Counted from the first letter of the stretch, positions 1 to 10,045 are shown. The stretch is DNA of 64,000 nucleotides from an uncultured Rivularia sp. (GCA_963665115.1 OY762007.1:704001-768000), one strand, 5' to 3'. The notes: generated by a model from the sequence alone, not told the origin. A program made the numbers and translations.

Positions 1-62
1 TTGTTTAATTATGATACTTCTAATAATGAATTATTGATTTTGATTTATTAACTGGTAACTGC

Positions 63-527
63 TCACTGATTTAACTGATATATTTTCCAAGCGGTGTAAG
101 TGCCAATGGGACTCCAAATTAAATAAGGAACCAATAATAATGCCGCCCAACCGGAAACTGGTAAAACAAACAAAGTAAGAATTAATCCAATAACAAAACC
201 GACTCCTCCGACAATTGCCCCTGCTTTCATGCTTTGCAACCAAAGTGAAACTGGAGTGAAAGCCACAACAACAACTTCAAGTAGTAGATAGAAGCCCATT
301 AAAAACCAAGTTTGAGAGCTACCAGGTTCGCTTTCCCAAACTATATAAGCAGACCATGCACCACAGATAAAAATTACCGTCCAAATTACCGGAATCAGCT
401 TTTCAAATGTCAACCAACTCGGTCTTTGCAATCGCTTAAACCATTTGATATCTTTTGGTCTGATTATATTACTTGCAAGAGCCACTATTAAAGTTACGGC
501 TCCGATTACCATCCAGGGTTTTAGCAT
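63..527 (-). CDS. tspO: TspO/MBR family tryptophan-rich sensory protein
   Basis: 154 aa, about 5 hydrophobic helices, family motifs WFKRLQRPSW.....IPVIWT and LLLVPYLIWSP. Confidence 0.9.
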   Translation of the reverse strand: MLKPWMVIGAVTLIVALASNIIRPKDIKWFKRLQRPSWLTFEKLIPVIWTVIFICGAWSAYIVWESEPGSSQTWFLMGFYLLLEVVVVAFTPVSLWLQSMKAGAIVGGVGFVIGLILTLFVLPVSGWAALLLVPYLIWSPIGTYTAWKIYQLNQ

Positions 528-758
528 TGTTTTTTTTAATCCGAATAGTTGGATGGGGGATGGGAAGAGGGGGAGACATTATTAAAGTAGTAAGTAGTGA
601 GTAATGAGTAGCGAGTAAAAATAGACGGGCAGCGATGAGCGATATTCATGACAATAAGAATAAAAAGTGATTTACTTGCTACTCCTAACTCCTCCCAATT
701 ACCAATTACCAATTACCAATTACCCATGCCCAATGCCCAATCCCCAATTCCCATTTTT

Positions 759-1766
759 TCAACTTGCAATAAAACTTTTGACTTTCATTTTTTTGCGACG
801 CAAGCGAGCGATTGCTTGACGCTGTAGCTGTCGGACTCTGGTATGGGAAATATCCATACGTTTTGCGACTTCTGTTAATGTTAATTCACGTCCGTCGCTC
901 AAGCCAAAGTGTAAGTTAACAACTTGTCGCTGTTGGGGTGTTAATTCTACAAGCATTTCGTCAAGACATTCTTTGAGTGATTGACTGTTGACGTAATCGT
1001 CTATGGAAGAACTTGTATCTTCGAGTAAGTCTTGCAGTTCGGTATCTTGTCCTTCACCAACTCGTAAATCCAAGGATACGGGTTGACGGGACATATGTAG
1101 ATAATCTTGTATTTGCGACGGTTTCAAAGATACTTGAGAACCAATTTCCGCCATCGTCGGCGTGCGTCCTAATTCTTGGGTTAAATCCCGACGGGCTTTC
1201 TTAATTTTTTTCAGGGTTTGACATACGTGAATTGGTAGACGAATGGAACGACTTTTTTGGTCTAAAGCTCGCGTAATTGCCTGTCTAATCCACCAATAAG
1301 CGTAGGTAGAAAATTTGTATCCTTTATCTGGATCGAACTTTTCTACTCCTCTTTGTAAACCCAAAGTTCCTTCTTGAATTAAATCGACAAACTCCAAATT
1401 ACGATGCTGGTATTTCTTGGCGATCGCCACAACTAAACGTAAGTTGGCTTCGATCATTTTTTGTCGGGACATCTCTCCTTTGTCAAGGGTTTCTTGCAGT
1501 TGAGATTCTGACATTTGTGCTGCCGAAGCCCATGTGGAAAGACTTGGTTCCGAGTCAAATTTTTCTGTTAAATCTTCTTTAATTTGCAGCAATTGAGTTA
1601 ACTGCTTAACTAGTTGGGAATGAAATATTTCTTCTTCACGAGTTAATAATGGTACGCGCCCAATTTGAACTAAAAAAGACCGGACGGTATCTGTATTTAG
1701 TCTTTGAGCGGCGGATGCGCTATTTTTTTGTCCCCTATCAACAATTGCTGGTTGCATATTAATCAA
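759..1766 (-). CDS. Group 2 RNA polymerase sigma-70 factor (SigB-like); start may be 1757
   Basis: Region 1.2 (FLVQIGRVPLLTREEE), region 2 (EANLRLVVAIAKKY, DLIQEGTLGL, GYKFSTYAYWWIRQAI), region 4 HTH; no long region 1.1. Confidence 0.9.
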   Translation of the reverse strand: MINMQPAIVDRGQKNSASAAQRLNTDTVRSFLVQIGRVPLLTREEEIFHSQLVKQLTQLLQIKEDLTEKFDSEPSLSTWASAAQMSESQLQETLDKGEMSRQKMIEANLRLVVAIAKKYQHRNLEFVDLIQEGTLGLQRGVEKFDPDKGYKFSTYAYWWIRQAITRALDQKSRSIRLPIHVCQTLKKIKKARRDLTQELGRTPTMAEIGSQVSLKPSQIQDYLHMSRQPVSLDLRVGEGQDTELQDLLEDTSSSIDDYVNSQSLKECLDEMLVELTPQQRQVVNLHFGLSDGRELTLTEVAKRMDISHTRVRQLQRQAIARLRRKKMKVKSFIAS

Positions 1767-2005
1767 AAACTCCTGAAAGCTTTAACTTTATATTGGTTAC
1801 GTTCACCGTATGCGTTGAAAAATCAAACTTTTATTGTTTTATTTACCACAGCCTTAGCATCTATTTGAGATGTTCGGCAACACAAGACAACAGTTTTCAA
1901 AAGCGTGTTAATGTGGGATTCATCGCCCCAATTGAAGGGAAGAAATTTGAATTTACCACATAAATATTATCTAGATCGTGGGTAACACAATTCAAATCGA
2001 GGACG

Positions 2006-2437
2006 TTAACTGTTGAGTAACTTCCCGTCTCGACAAGTTCCTCCCTGATGATTCATAACTTTTAATGAGATGGGTATCCCGACAATTATTGGGAACCTAA
2101 CTTTTCGGAGGACTTTTTCAAATTGATGTCGCAAGCGACGAAGAGCTTTTTGGTTGTTTGGACGATAATAAACTTTTATTTGTTTGTTTTTTGCTATTTC
2201 GACACGATTTTCAACATTCGCGAAGTCCTCACTTGGCATCCACCAATCTACAGAACGATTGGCAAAAACTTTTAATAAGCTGTTAAGAACCCATCGAGGA
2301 AAATCTGGTCGCATCATCTCCCATTTGTGCTTACCCATTAGGCGAACGCGATCTGATGGTTTTGCATCTTCTGGTAAACCGAAATAAAAATCGTTGATTG
2401 CTAATACTGTAATTATTATCTCGTAATATTTTTGCAT
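2006..2437 (-). CDS. Hypothetical protein
   Basis: 143-aa ORF with ATG start, co-oriented with neighbours; no motif recognised. Confidence 0.6.
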   Translation of the reverse strand: MQKYYEIIITVLAINDFYFGLPEDAKPSDRVRLMGKHKWEMMRPDFPRWVLNSLLKVFANRSVDWWMPSEDFANVENRVEIAKNKQIKVYYRPNNQKALRRLRHQFEKVLRKVRFPIIVGIPISLKVMNHQGGTCRDGKLLNS

Positions 2438-2940
2438 TAATAGTGATTAATTATTAGATGTTTTTTACTTATTTTGGTTCGAGAAAAGTATTTCGTTCTA
2501 TACTTGGTAAAGTAAGAGGAAAAATCTATTCAATTTTTAGATAGGTAAAGAAGAAAAGATAAAGCATAAAGTATTTCTATACTTCATACTCAAAATTTTT
2601 ATTCATGAATATGACTTACGACAAACCTCTATTACTAGACTTAGTATTTAAAGCTTTCAAATCCTCTTCAATCTCTCATAAATAATCTGATAGTTTGAAA
2701 GATAGGGTACAAAATATGAATATTTTTTCCTACTTCATACCTTATCTTTCATAACTTTTAAGCATTTACCTTTTGCTTAGATCAAACTCAATTTTTATCA
2801 TCTTCACATTGCTCGTGAACTGCATTCCAAGCAGCTTATTATGCCTTACTTTCATGCTTTAATTCATTTTGATTCCCCTGTCTTAAATGCAATTCACGAG
2901 TATGAATGTGAGAATGAAGTTTGCTTATAATTAACTACTT

Positions 2941-3474
2941 CTAGTTAACGCCCGCAGCAGTTTTTGCAGGTCCTTGACCATCTGCTTGTAAGGATTCTCC
3001 TTCAATAAAGGAGCGCAACATCCAAGCCATTTCTTCATGTCCTTCCATTAATCCGGTAAGGAAATCAGCGGTTCCTTCATCATGAAACTTATCACCACAA
3101 GCATCGATATGCCCGCGCAAGTTGCGGATAACTTGTTCGTGGTCATCTACCAAACTAGATACCATTTGAGTTGCTAAAGGTAGATTTGCTGGATTCTCTT
3201 TCAAAGATGCTAGCTTGAGAAATCCTTCCATAGTACCTACAGGGAAACCACCCAAAGCACGAACGCGCTCGGCGATGGAGTCAATGCTCATGGTCAAAGT
3301 TTGATAGTGTTCTTCCCACAGAGTATGCAAGCTGCGGAACTGAGGTCCGACTACATCCCAATGGTACTTTTTAGTTTTAACTAATAGTAAGTAAGCGTCT
3401 GCTAGATCGTTGTTTAGGAGGTTGCAAACACCTTTACGTTGTTCTTCTGTCAGACCAATATTAATACTACGCAT
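2941..3474 (-). CDS. dps: Dps family DNA starvation/stationary-phase protection protein
   Basis: Ferroxidase-centre motifs KYHWDVVGPQFRSLH, DSIAERVRALG, and WMLRS. Confidence 0.95.
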   Translation of the reverse strand: MRSINIGLTEEQRKGVCNLLNNDLADAYLLLVKTKKYHWDVVGPQFRSLHTLWEEHYQTLTMSIDSIAERVRALGGFPVGTMEGFLKLASLKENPANLPLATQMVSSLVDDHEQVIRNLRGHIDACGDKFHDEGTADFLTGLMEGHEEMAWMLRSFIEGESLQADGQGPAKTAAGVN

Positions 3475-3856
3475 AATTTTTCTCTCTTATTCAACTCTCT
3501 CTCAATTTGAACATATTCACTTTACTGAAAAATCAATCGCAAGTGGGAATGTTGGGTTAGATTTTGAAGATATATACCTAATTCTTTTTATGTAGTGTAA
3601 TTAGAAAAATTATCAATATTTGATGATGAATCATATTGCGTCTTATACTAGTAACAATATGTAGTATCCTAAATCTAATACTGATAGTTGATATTCTGTT
3701 AGAGGTAGCATAAAGCTTGGGCAATACTGCTAAATAAATATGTAGATTAAATTTATGGAGAGCGTTTTAACTAAAGAAATATTGTGCCTCCTCCATTCAA
3801 ACCTATGAGAATATAAGTCTCAATAGAGGAAGCTTATTCAAACCGTTTTTTAAACT

Positions 3857-4066
3857 CTAAAGCGAAGGAGTAACTTCGTTATCCCCTTCTTCTTTATCCT
3901 TGCTCATTTTGCCAGTTTTATATTGTTGAGCCGCTTCGTAATCTTTGTCAACATCAACATTCGTAGCCTTTTCTTGCTCTTCGCTTATAGCTTCCTTGGT
4001 TAAATCAGCTTCCTGATTGGGTTCACTATTAGTCTTAGCAACTTTTTCTTCAGCCATTTTAAACAC
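3857..4066 (-). CDS. Small acidic hydrophilic hypothetical protein (start probably 4057)
   Basis: Highly charged ORF containing VDVDKDYEAAQQY, same strand as the stress genes. Confidence 0.65.
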   Translation of the reverse strand: MFKMAEEKVAKTNSEPNQEADLTKEAISEEQEKATNVDVDKDYEAAQQYKTGKMSKDKEEGDNEVTPSL

Positions 4067-4415
4067 CCTATATTATCGAATTTTAATCTGCAAACTTTAT
4101 GCTACAAAAAATACCGATATTTTATAACTGTTCTTACGGTGTAATTACAATTTATATCTATGGACTGATTGAATATTAAGGCTTTAATGATATGGCGGGA
4201 AATAGAGAGCGGGGAAGAATCAAAATCAAACGATAAATTCCGTATTGGAGCGCTCTATAATTACCTATCTCTCTTTCCTCTGCGCTCTCTGCGCGGCAGT
4301 TGCTATAACGGGGGGAACCCCCGCAACGCACTGCCTTGTCTAGTAAAGTTTTTTTTAATCGGTGGTTTTCTATCGGGAAGGGAGTAATTCCTTCTGATGC
4401 TCCTGTTTTTGAGAA

Positions 4416-4545
4416 TAGTGCCCAACCACGATAATTCTGCGGGGTTGCAGGAGTGCGAGCCGGAAAGCTCGCTGGTTGTCACGAGGGAGCGAGACGCTCC
4501 CACTACATTTTGATTACCCCGCAAAACTAATGTGGTGGAGTAGTA
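4416..4545. mobile_element. 130-bp IS630-related MITE, copy 1
   Basis: TA-bounded; 29-bp imperfect TIRs (TAgtgcccaaccacgataattctgcgggg / TActactccaccacattagttttgcgggg) resemble the adjacent IS630 ends; differs from copy 2 at one base. Confidence 0.85.
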
Positions 4546-5857
4546 GTATTCCACCACATTAATTTTGCGGGGTACACGACTGTGCGATCGCCTCACTATT
4601 TATTGACTGTGAATTATTTTCACAGCTATCATCTACAATTTCAATTTTTGGATATAGTTTATTCAATTTAACGCGGGCATTATCAGTTGTAAACTGCCAC
4701 TCTACAGTTGCTTTTTCTTGATTTCTTACTTCTTCCCAAGCAGCAATTTCTTCAAAGATAATTTCTTGATTTGGAATGCGACGATTTAAGCATTGACGTG
4801 AAAGAATTGATAATTCAATTTCTGCCATATTTAACCAACTGCCATGCTTCGGTGTATAGTGAAATTCCAATTTATTTAGAATTCTTTTTGCTTCTTCGGG
4901 GGCAAATGCTTTATATAAAGATGCTGGGCTATGAGTATTTAAGTTGTCCATAACAACTGTTATTAACTCAGAATTTGAATAATAAATGTCAACTAAATCC
5001 TTCATGCAGTGAGCAAAATCTATAGCTGTTCTGCGGTCTGTGACTTCAACGTGTCGCCAACCGATGCGAGGTTCTAAAAATACGAATAAATTACAATTTC
5101 CCATACGTTCGTATTCATAATCGACACGTCTTTTTTGCTTTGGTTTAACTGGTATCGGGACTTTAGTATTACTGAGTAATTGTGTTGGGCGCTCGTCAAA
5201 ACATATGATTGGGCGTTTTGGGTTTGAACTTCGAGCGTATACATCTAAAACATCTTCCATCCGCCACACATATTCTGCACTAACTGTGGGAATACACCAT
5301 TGTTCGACTAACCACGGTTTTAAGTCGTTTTTTTTAGAGTTCGACGTACAGTTTCATCACTAATATTATCGACAACTGATAGTTGTACCAACTTGTTAGC
5401 TAGTAATTGCATTGTCCAATTACTTCGTCCTTCAGGTGGGTTACTACAAGCGGTTGCAATTAAAAATGCTTCATGTGAACCAATTAGTTTTTTTGGTTTA
5501 CCTGGTCGTGGTTTCTCGTTCAGTGCCTCTGCCAACCCTGATTGCACAAATTTTTTACGAGTTCGTTCTATTGTATCTACGCTTATTTTTAACGCTGTTG
5601 CTATTTCAACATCAGAATACCCACTTTCTGACATCAATAGAACCTGTATACGTTTGTATTTTCTTGCCGAAATTTTTCCTTTCTTACTCTGTTGCTCTAA
5701 TTGCTCTCTTTCTGAGATATTTAAGTTAATGATGTACTTCTTGGACATAACGAGTAGATGCAGACAATTTCGCTATAGATGCTTTAAAATATAGCTTACT
5801 ACTTTTAGGGCGATCGCACAGCCGTGTACCCCGCAAAATTAATGTGGTGAAGTAGTA
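4544..5857 (-). mobile_element. IS630 family insertion sequence
   Basis: About 49-bp IRs starting at TA and ending in HIP1; two-ORF transposase inside. Confidence 0.93.
4559..5748 (-). CDS. IS630 transposase, HTH ORF (5320-5748) joined to DDE ORF by a probable programmed -1 frameshift
   Basis: A8 run at 5328-5335; -1 frame reads KKNDLKPW..WCIP into the DDE domain (CFDERP, VMDNLNTH, NMAEIE), the usual IS630 layout. Confidence 0.9.
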
Positions 5858-5985
5858 GTGCCCAACCACGATAATTCTGCGGGGTTGCAGGAGTGCGAGC
5901 CGGAAAGCTCGCTGGTTGTCACGAGGGAGCGAGACGCTCCCACTACATTTTGATTGCCCCGCAAAACTAATGTGGTGGAGTAGTA
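5856..5985. mobile_element. 130-bp IS630-related MITE, copy 2
   Basis: Direct repeat of 4416-4545, shares its TA with the IS630 end. Confidence 0.85.
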
Positions 5986-6149
5986 GTGCAAGATTTAAAT
6001 ATTTCACCAGCAACTTTGTGCAACATACTCTCTCCCAATAAAAATTTTGGTCAAGGTAGATATCTACACTTGACCAAAATTTTCTTTTATATAAGAAATA
6101 TAGGGGAAATTAAATTATCCTCTATATATCAAAGCATTGGGGTAAATTA

Positions 6150-6513
6150 CTACTTATCGCCTGTAATCTTTTCGAGGAAACCTTCTACCTTCTCTTCTAC
6201 AGTTACAGCCCCTTGGCTGTTGGAAAGGACGGTTCATGTTTTCAGCGTTAGCAGCGCCTTGAACTTCATTCAATCCTTTGTTGGATTTGTCGATCACTCT
6301 CTTGTTTGAAGGAGCGTTATTTTCAGTTAATTCTTGAGTATTTTGTTGAATCTCATTTAACTGCTCTGCTCCTTTATTAGGAGAACTTTTTGAAGCGCCA
6401 ATTGCAGCAGCAGGAAGCGCGGTGGACAATAACAGCATTACGCACATTAATGCTGCAAACACAAAACGAAGTGGACGTAGGTTAGATGCTAGTTTAGAAC
6501 GAACAAAATTCAC
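6150..6513 (-). CDS. Secreted small stress protein (low-temperature-induced-like), +1 frameshift near 6224
   Basis: GGAGG RBS then GTG start, signal peptide; removing one base at 6224-6226 gives NRPSNSQGAVTVEEKVEGFLEKITGDK*. Confidence 0.7.
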
Positions 6514-6913
6514 TGTCTTTCCTCCAAGGATACGGATTTTTATTATTTGGGAGAACCAAACCATTGTTGTTTAATTCAATATTAGAAACGGTACTGCTAA
6601 AACAATTAAGGAAAAACATTAAACTTAATTTTTCCCTAAAATTCAAGCTTTGATATTGAGTTATATCGAACTAGCTTCAATTCTTTTTAACTATTACAGA
6701 AGGTAAAGCATTTAGCATTCAGATAAACATTCAATAATCAACATTTTTTGATAGCTGTACCGCTCCTAAATTCAACTCGTTTACTTAACCTTTAAATAAT
6801 TCGAGCCGTCTTATTTATCAACAAACTCGCTTGGTTTTCGGTGTTTTTTAACCTTTTTCAACTATATCAGAGAACTAGTCTTAAGTTAGCTAATGAATAG
6901 TATCCCGTTACTT

Positions 6914-7333
6914 TTAGTTACCAAAAAAATCTTTTATCGCATCAATAGCGTTTTCGCTTCCTTCTTCTACTTTATCGGAAGCATTGTCAGCAGCGGATTT
7001 AGTTTTTTCAATTCCTTGTTTAACATTACCTTTCGCTTGCTTGGCTAAACCTTGCACTTCTTTTCCCGATCCATCTAATGCTTGTCCGGGAGAATTTCCT
7101 AAGTTACGTTGGGCTTTTCCTATTGCTTGTTCTACATTGCCTTCAACTTTATCGCCAACTCCTGAGAGAGGATTAGCTGCAATTAATTGTTGTGAATAGC
7201 TATGTATTGGAGACGCAACTGCTGCTTGTGCTGCACCAAACCATACAGTAGTTAGCAGTAAAACACAGCTAAAAACTGATAGGCAGTAATGTTTTACTAT
7301 TTGCATTTTATTTTTACTATTATCGGATTTCAT
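6914..7333 (-). CDS. CsbD-like stress protein with signal peptide
   Basis: Hydrophobic N-terminus, then DKVEGNVEQAIGKAQ...GKEVQGLAKQAKG CsbD-like repeats. Confidence 0.75.
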   Translation of the reverse strand: MKSDNSKNKMQIVKHYCLSVFSCVLLLTTVWFGAAQAAVASPIHSYSQQLIAANPLSGVGDKVEGNVEQAIGKAQRNLGNSPGQALDGSGKEVQGLAKQAKGNVKQGIEKTKSAADNASDKVEEGSENAIDAIKDFFGN

Positions 7334-7820
7334 CGTCAGATATTTTCCCTATTCACTTTTCCTTTACAGTTGTAATACAAAAAAGTCAATCGTTTCATCA
7401 ATCTTCCGAGCAAAATTGATAATTAATTAATTGTGATAATACCACTCCTCGGATAGTCTTCTTTACAGGTGTTTATCATACTTTTGATAGAAGATTTTTG
7501 TTCTTGTCATTAAATACAAGTCAGACAAGACTTTCGATGACCGTCACCATAACTTTAAGTTTTATTTTTAAAAGTAAAGAAAAATAAAGTTAGATATAGT
7601 TGTTTGCCTTCTTATTACAATTTGGAAGTTATAAAACTACGCAATTAATTATATTTTTGGTTTATAAAAAGCTAAGTAGTTAAGCCAAATTATTTATATA
7701 ATTACTACTCAGTTACATAACCGTTTCCTGTTCCCTATCAAATTAACCGGGAACGTGAGAACCCCTACCTTTTAAGGAGGGGATGAAACGCGACGCGACG
7801 GGTTTTAACCCGGTGTTTCT

Positions 7821-8234
7821 TTATTTCCCACGTTGATTTTCAATATACTTTTTAACTACCTCAGTGCTGAGTTGACCTGTTGAAGCTACAAAATAGGTTG
7901 GTGTCCACAAAGACGGTAGTTTTTTTAGTTGCGGAAACTCTTTTCTAAGATGATGGGATGCTCGACCTTTTACCCATCTAGCAATATCTGCGGGTGATTC
8001 GTGGGTAGGTGTATTTAAAAATAAGTGAACATGGTCAGGCATAACTTCCAAAGCAATTAATTTCCAGCCATGCTCTGTCGTTAACTCAAAAATAATATCT
8101 TGCAACCGTTTAACTACATCTTTCACCAACACGGGTTTACGGCGTTTCGGGACAAAGACAAAATGATAATTTATTGATGACACAGAATTTTCAGTACGTC
8201 TGTACTCGTAATCTTTTTCTGAAAGTTTAGCCAT
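7821..8234 (-). CDS. tnpA: IS200/IS605 Y1 (HUH) transposase TnpA
   Basis: YHFVFVPKRRK, HUH motif DHVHL, LWTPTYF, catalytic Tyr in KKYIENQ. Confidence 0.95.
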   Translation of the reverse strand: MAKLSEKDYEYRRTENSVSSINYHFVFVPKRRKPVLVKDVVKRLQDIIFELTTEHGWKLIALEVMPDHVHLFLNTPTHESPADIARWVKGRASHHLRKEFPQLKKLPSLWTPTYFVASTGQLSTEVVKKYIENQRGK

Positions 8235-8303
8235 AATTTTACGGTATACTGTTGTTAGAATACGTAGTAGCAACAATAATAAAAAATAGGAAGTGATGAC
8301 AAA

Positions 8304-9740
8304 TTGTACAGAACAATACCGCTAAAAGCGAAGTTTACAGATGAAGAAAAAGCATTTTGGGTTGACCAATGCGAACACGCCAACAGTCTTATTAACTCGG
8401 CAGTGTACGAAACACGTCAACGACATTATGCGATACTGCAAAACAATGAGGATGCGTTTTGTGTTTATTGGCGTGGCGATGAACTGCGTTACGGGTGGAA
8501 AACTTATCGGTGCAATACAGCTTACCCGGAGTTAGATAAAATACTCAAAAACAATCCTCATTACAAGGCAATGGCTGCACAATCAGCACAGCAAACCTTG
8601 AAGTCTGTGGGCGAGTCAATAACCAGTTACAACGGGTTGGTTAAAGCTTATTATCGTGGTGAAGTTGATAGCGCAAAGTCGGCGGGGTCGGTTTCTGTCC
8701 CGTCGAACTTTGTAAGAAGACCATCACTCCCTAAATACAGAAAAAGTGGTGGTTTGGCTGCGGTTACATTTCCCCGTCAGGCTCTCACTTGGAAAAACGG
8801 TTGTTTTTACCCGTCAATCAGCAAAGAAACGAAGCCACATTTATTAACAGAAATAACCCTACAATTACCCGATTTTATTGATTTTGATTGGGTCAAAGAA
8901 GTAACGGTTCGTCCTTCAAAAGGCGAATTGTGGATTGATTGGGTTATTGATGATGGAAAACACCCGATAGATGTTAACCCCAATCTTGATTACACACAAG
9001 CATGGAGTTTTGACCACGGCAGTACAAATTGGTTAACTGGAGTTTCAACTCGTGGCAAAAGCTTAATTATAGATGGTCGAAAACTTAAAGCGATGAATCA
9101 AGGTTATTGTCGTTTAGTTGCCAAATATAAGCAGGGCAAACCTGATTTATACTGGGATTCTAATCTTGATCGTGTACAACGCAAACGCAACAACCAAATG
9201 CGTGATGCTGTTAACAAAGCAGCAAGATTCATTATTAATCAGTGCCTTAACGATGGAGTTGGTAATCTGATTATTGGCTGGAATGATGAACAGAAAAATG
9301 GTTCCAACATGGGTAAACGCGGTAATCAAAATTTTGTTGCTATCCCTACAAAACGGTTGATTAACCGACTAAAACAACTTTGCCCAGAATACGGAATACA
9401 ATTAACAATTACCGAAGAGGCATATACTTCAAAAGCGTCTTTTCTTGATGGTGATTCTCTACCGAAACACGGTGAAAAACCCGTAAGTTGGAAAGCATCA
9501 GGTAATCGAGTAAAACGCGGAATGTATAAAAGTCGTGATGGGTACATCATCAATGCAGATTGTAATGGTGCGGCTAACATCATGAGAAAAGTAGCCACAC
9601 AGCTAGAATTGAATCTAGCCGAGGTGGGTAGGGCATCTTTGACTGTGCCACAACGGTATGACTTGTTTGCGCGATTAAATAAATCATATCGTAAACGTTG
9701 CTCCGCTCGGATTTTATCCGGCGTAGCAACATCAGTTTAG
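8304..9740 (+). CDS. tnpB: TnpB RNA-guided nuclease with rearranged RuvC-II and no Cys4 zinc finger
   Basis: RuvC-I FDHG, IIGWN at the canonical Glu position, alternative Glu in EEAYTSK, RuvC-III NADCNGAANI; next to tnpA. Confidence 0.92.
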   Translation: MYRTIPLKAKFTDEEKAFWVDQCEHANSLINSAVYETRQRHYAILQNNEDAFCVYWRGDELRYGWKTYRCNTAYPELDKILKNNPHYKAMAAQSAQQTLKSVGESITSYNGLVKAYYRGEVDSAKSAGSVSVPSNFVRRPSLPKYRKSGGLAAVTFPRQALTWKNGCFYPSISKETKPHLLTEITLQLPDFIDFDWVKEVTVRPSKGELWIDWVIDDGKHPIDVNPNLDYTQAWSFDHGSTNWLTGVSTRGKSLIIDGRKLKAMNQGYCRLVAKYKQGKPDLYWDSNLDRVQRKRNNQMRDAVNKAARFIINQCLNDGVGNLIIGWNDEQKNGSNMGKRGNQNFVAIPTKRLINRLKQLCPEYGIQLTITEEAYTSKASFLDGDSLPKHGEKPVSWKASGNRVKRGMYKSRDGYIINADCNGAANIMRKVATQLELNLAEVGRASLTVPQRYDLFARLNKSYRKRCSARILSGVATSV

Positions 9741-10045
9741 AATCCCTCGCGCTTCTAGCCGAGGGAGAAGTCAACAAGACAAAATATCCAATTAATTTTA
9801 CACGGTTACTTATATAAACACCCTTGATGATAAACCGGGTTTGTTGGCGATCGCTACATTTTTCTGTTCTTATCAACTAGGGCTTACGCAACTAATATAT
9901 TGTCGTTGCCAGTTTCTTGGAGATTCACCTCACTTCACAGCAGGATTTGAACCGCTTGCAACCATATTGACATTTAAGTAGTTCACGTGTACTATATAGG
10001 TATGGGGAAACTATAGCAAGCATTCAGCACCTTCAATCAAACTCA

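Larger units (their letters stand above)
7747..9774 (+). mobile_element. IS200/IS605 family element with divergent tnpA and tnpB (left boundary +/- a few bp)
   Basis: Left hairpin cccctaccttttaaggagggg; right end GAAT-ccctcg..cgaggg-agaag-TCAA as in IS608. Confidence 0.85.

Noticed and set aside
4169..4596. ORFs 4169-4387 and 4303-4596, and similarly 5726-6013
   Set aside because: Run through MITE, IS-end and micro-element sequence
5328..5335. IS630 frameshift as another sequencing error
   Set aside because: It needs a -1 shift at an A8 run at the position typical of IS630 programmed frameshifts, unlike the eight extra-base cases
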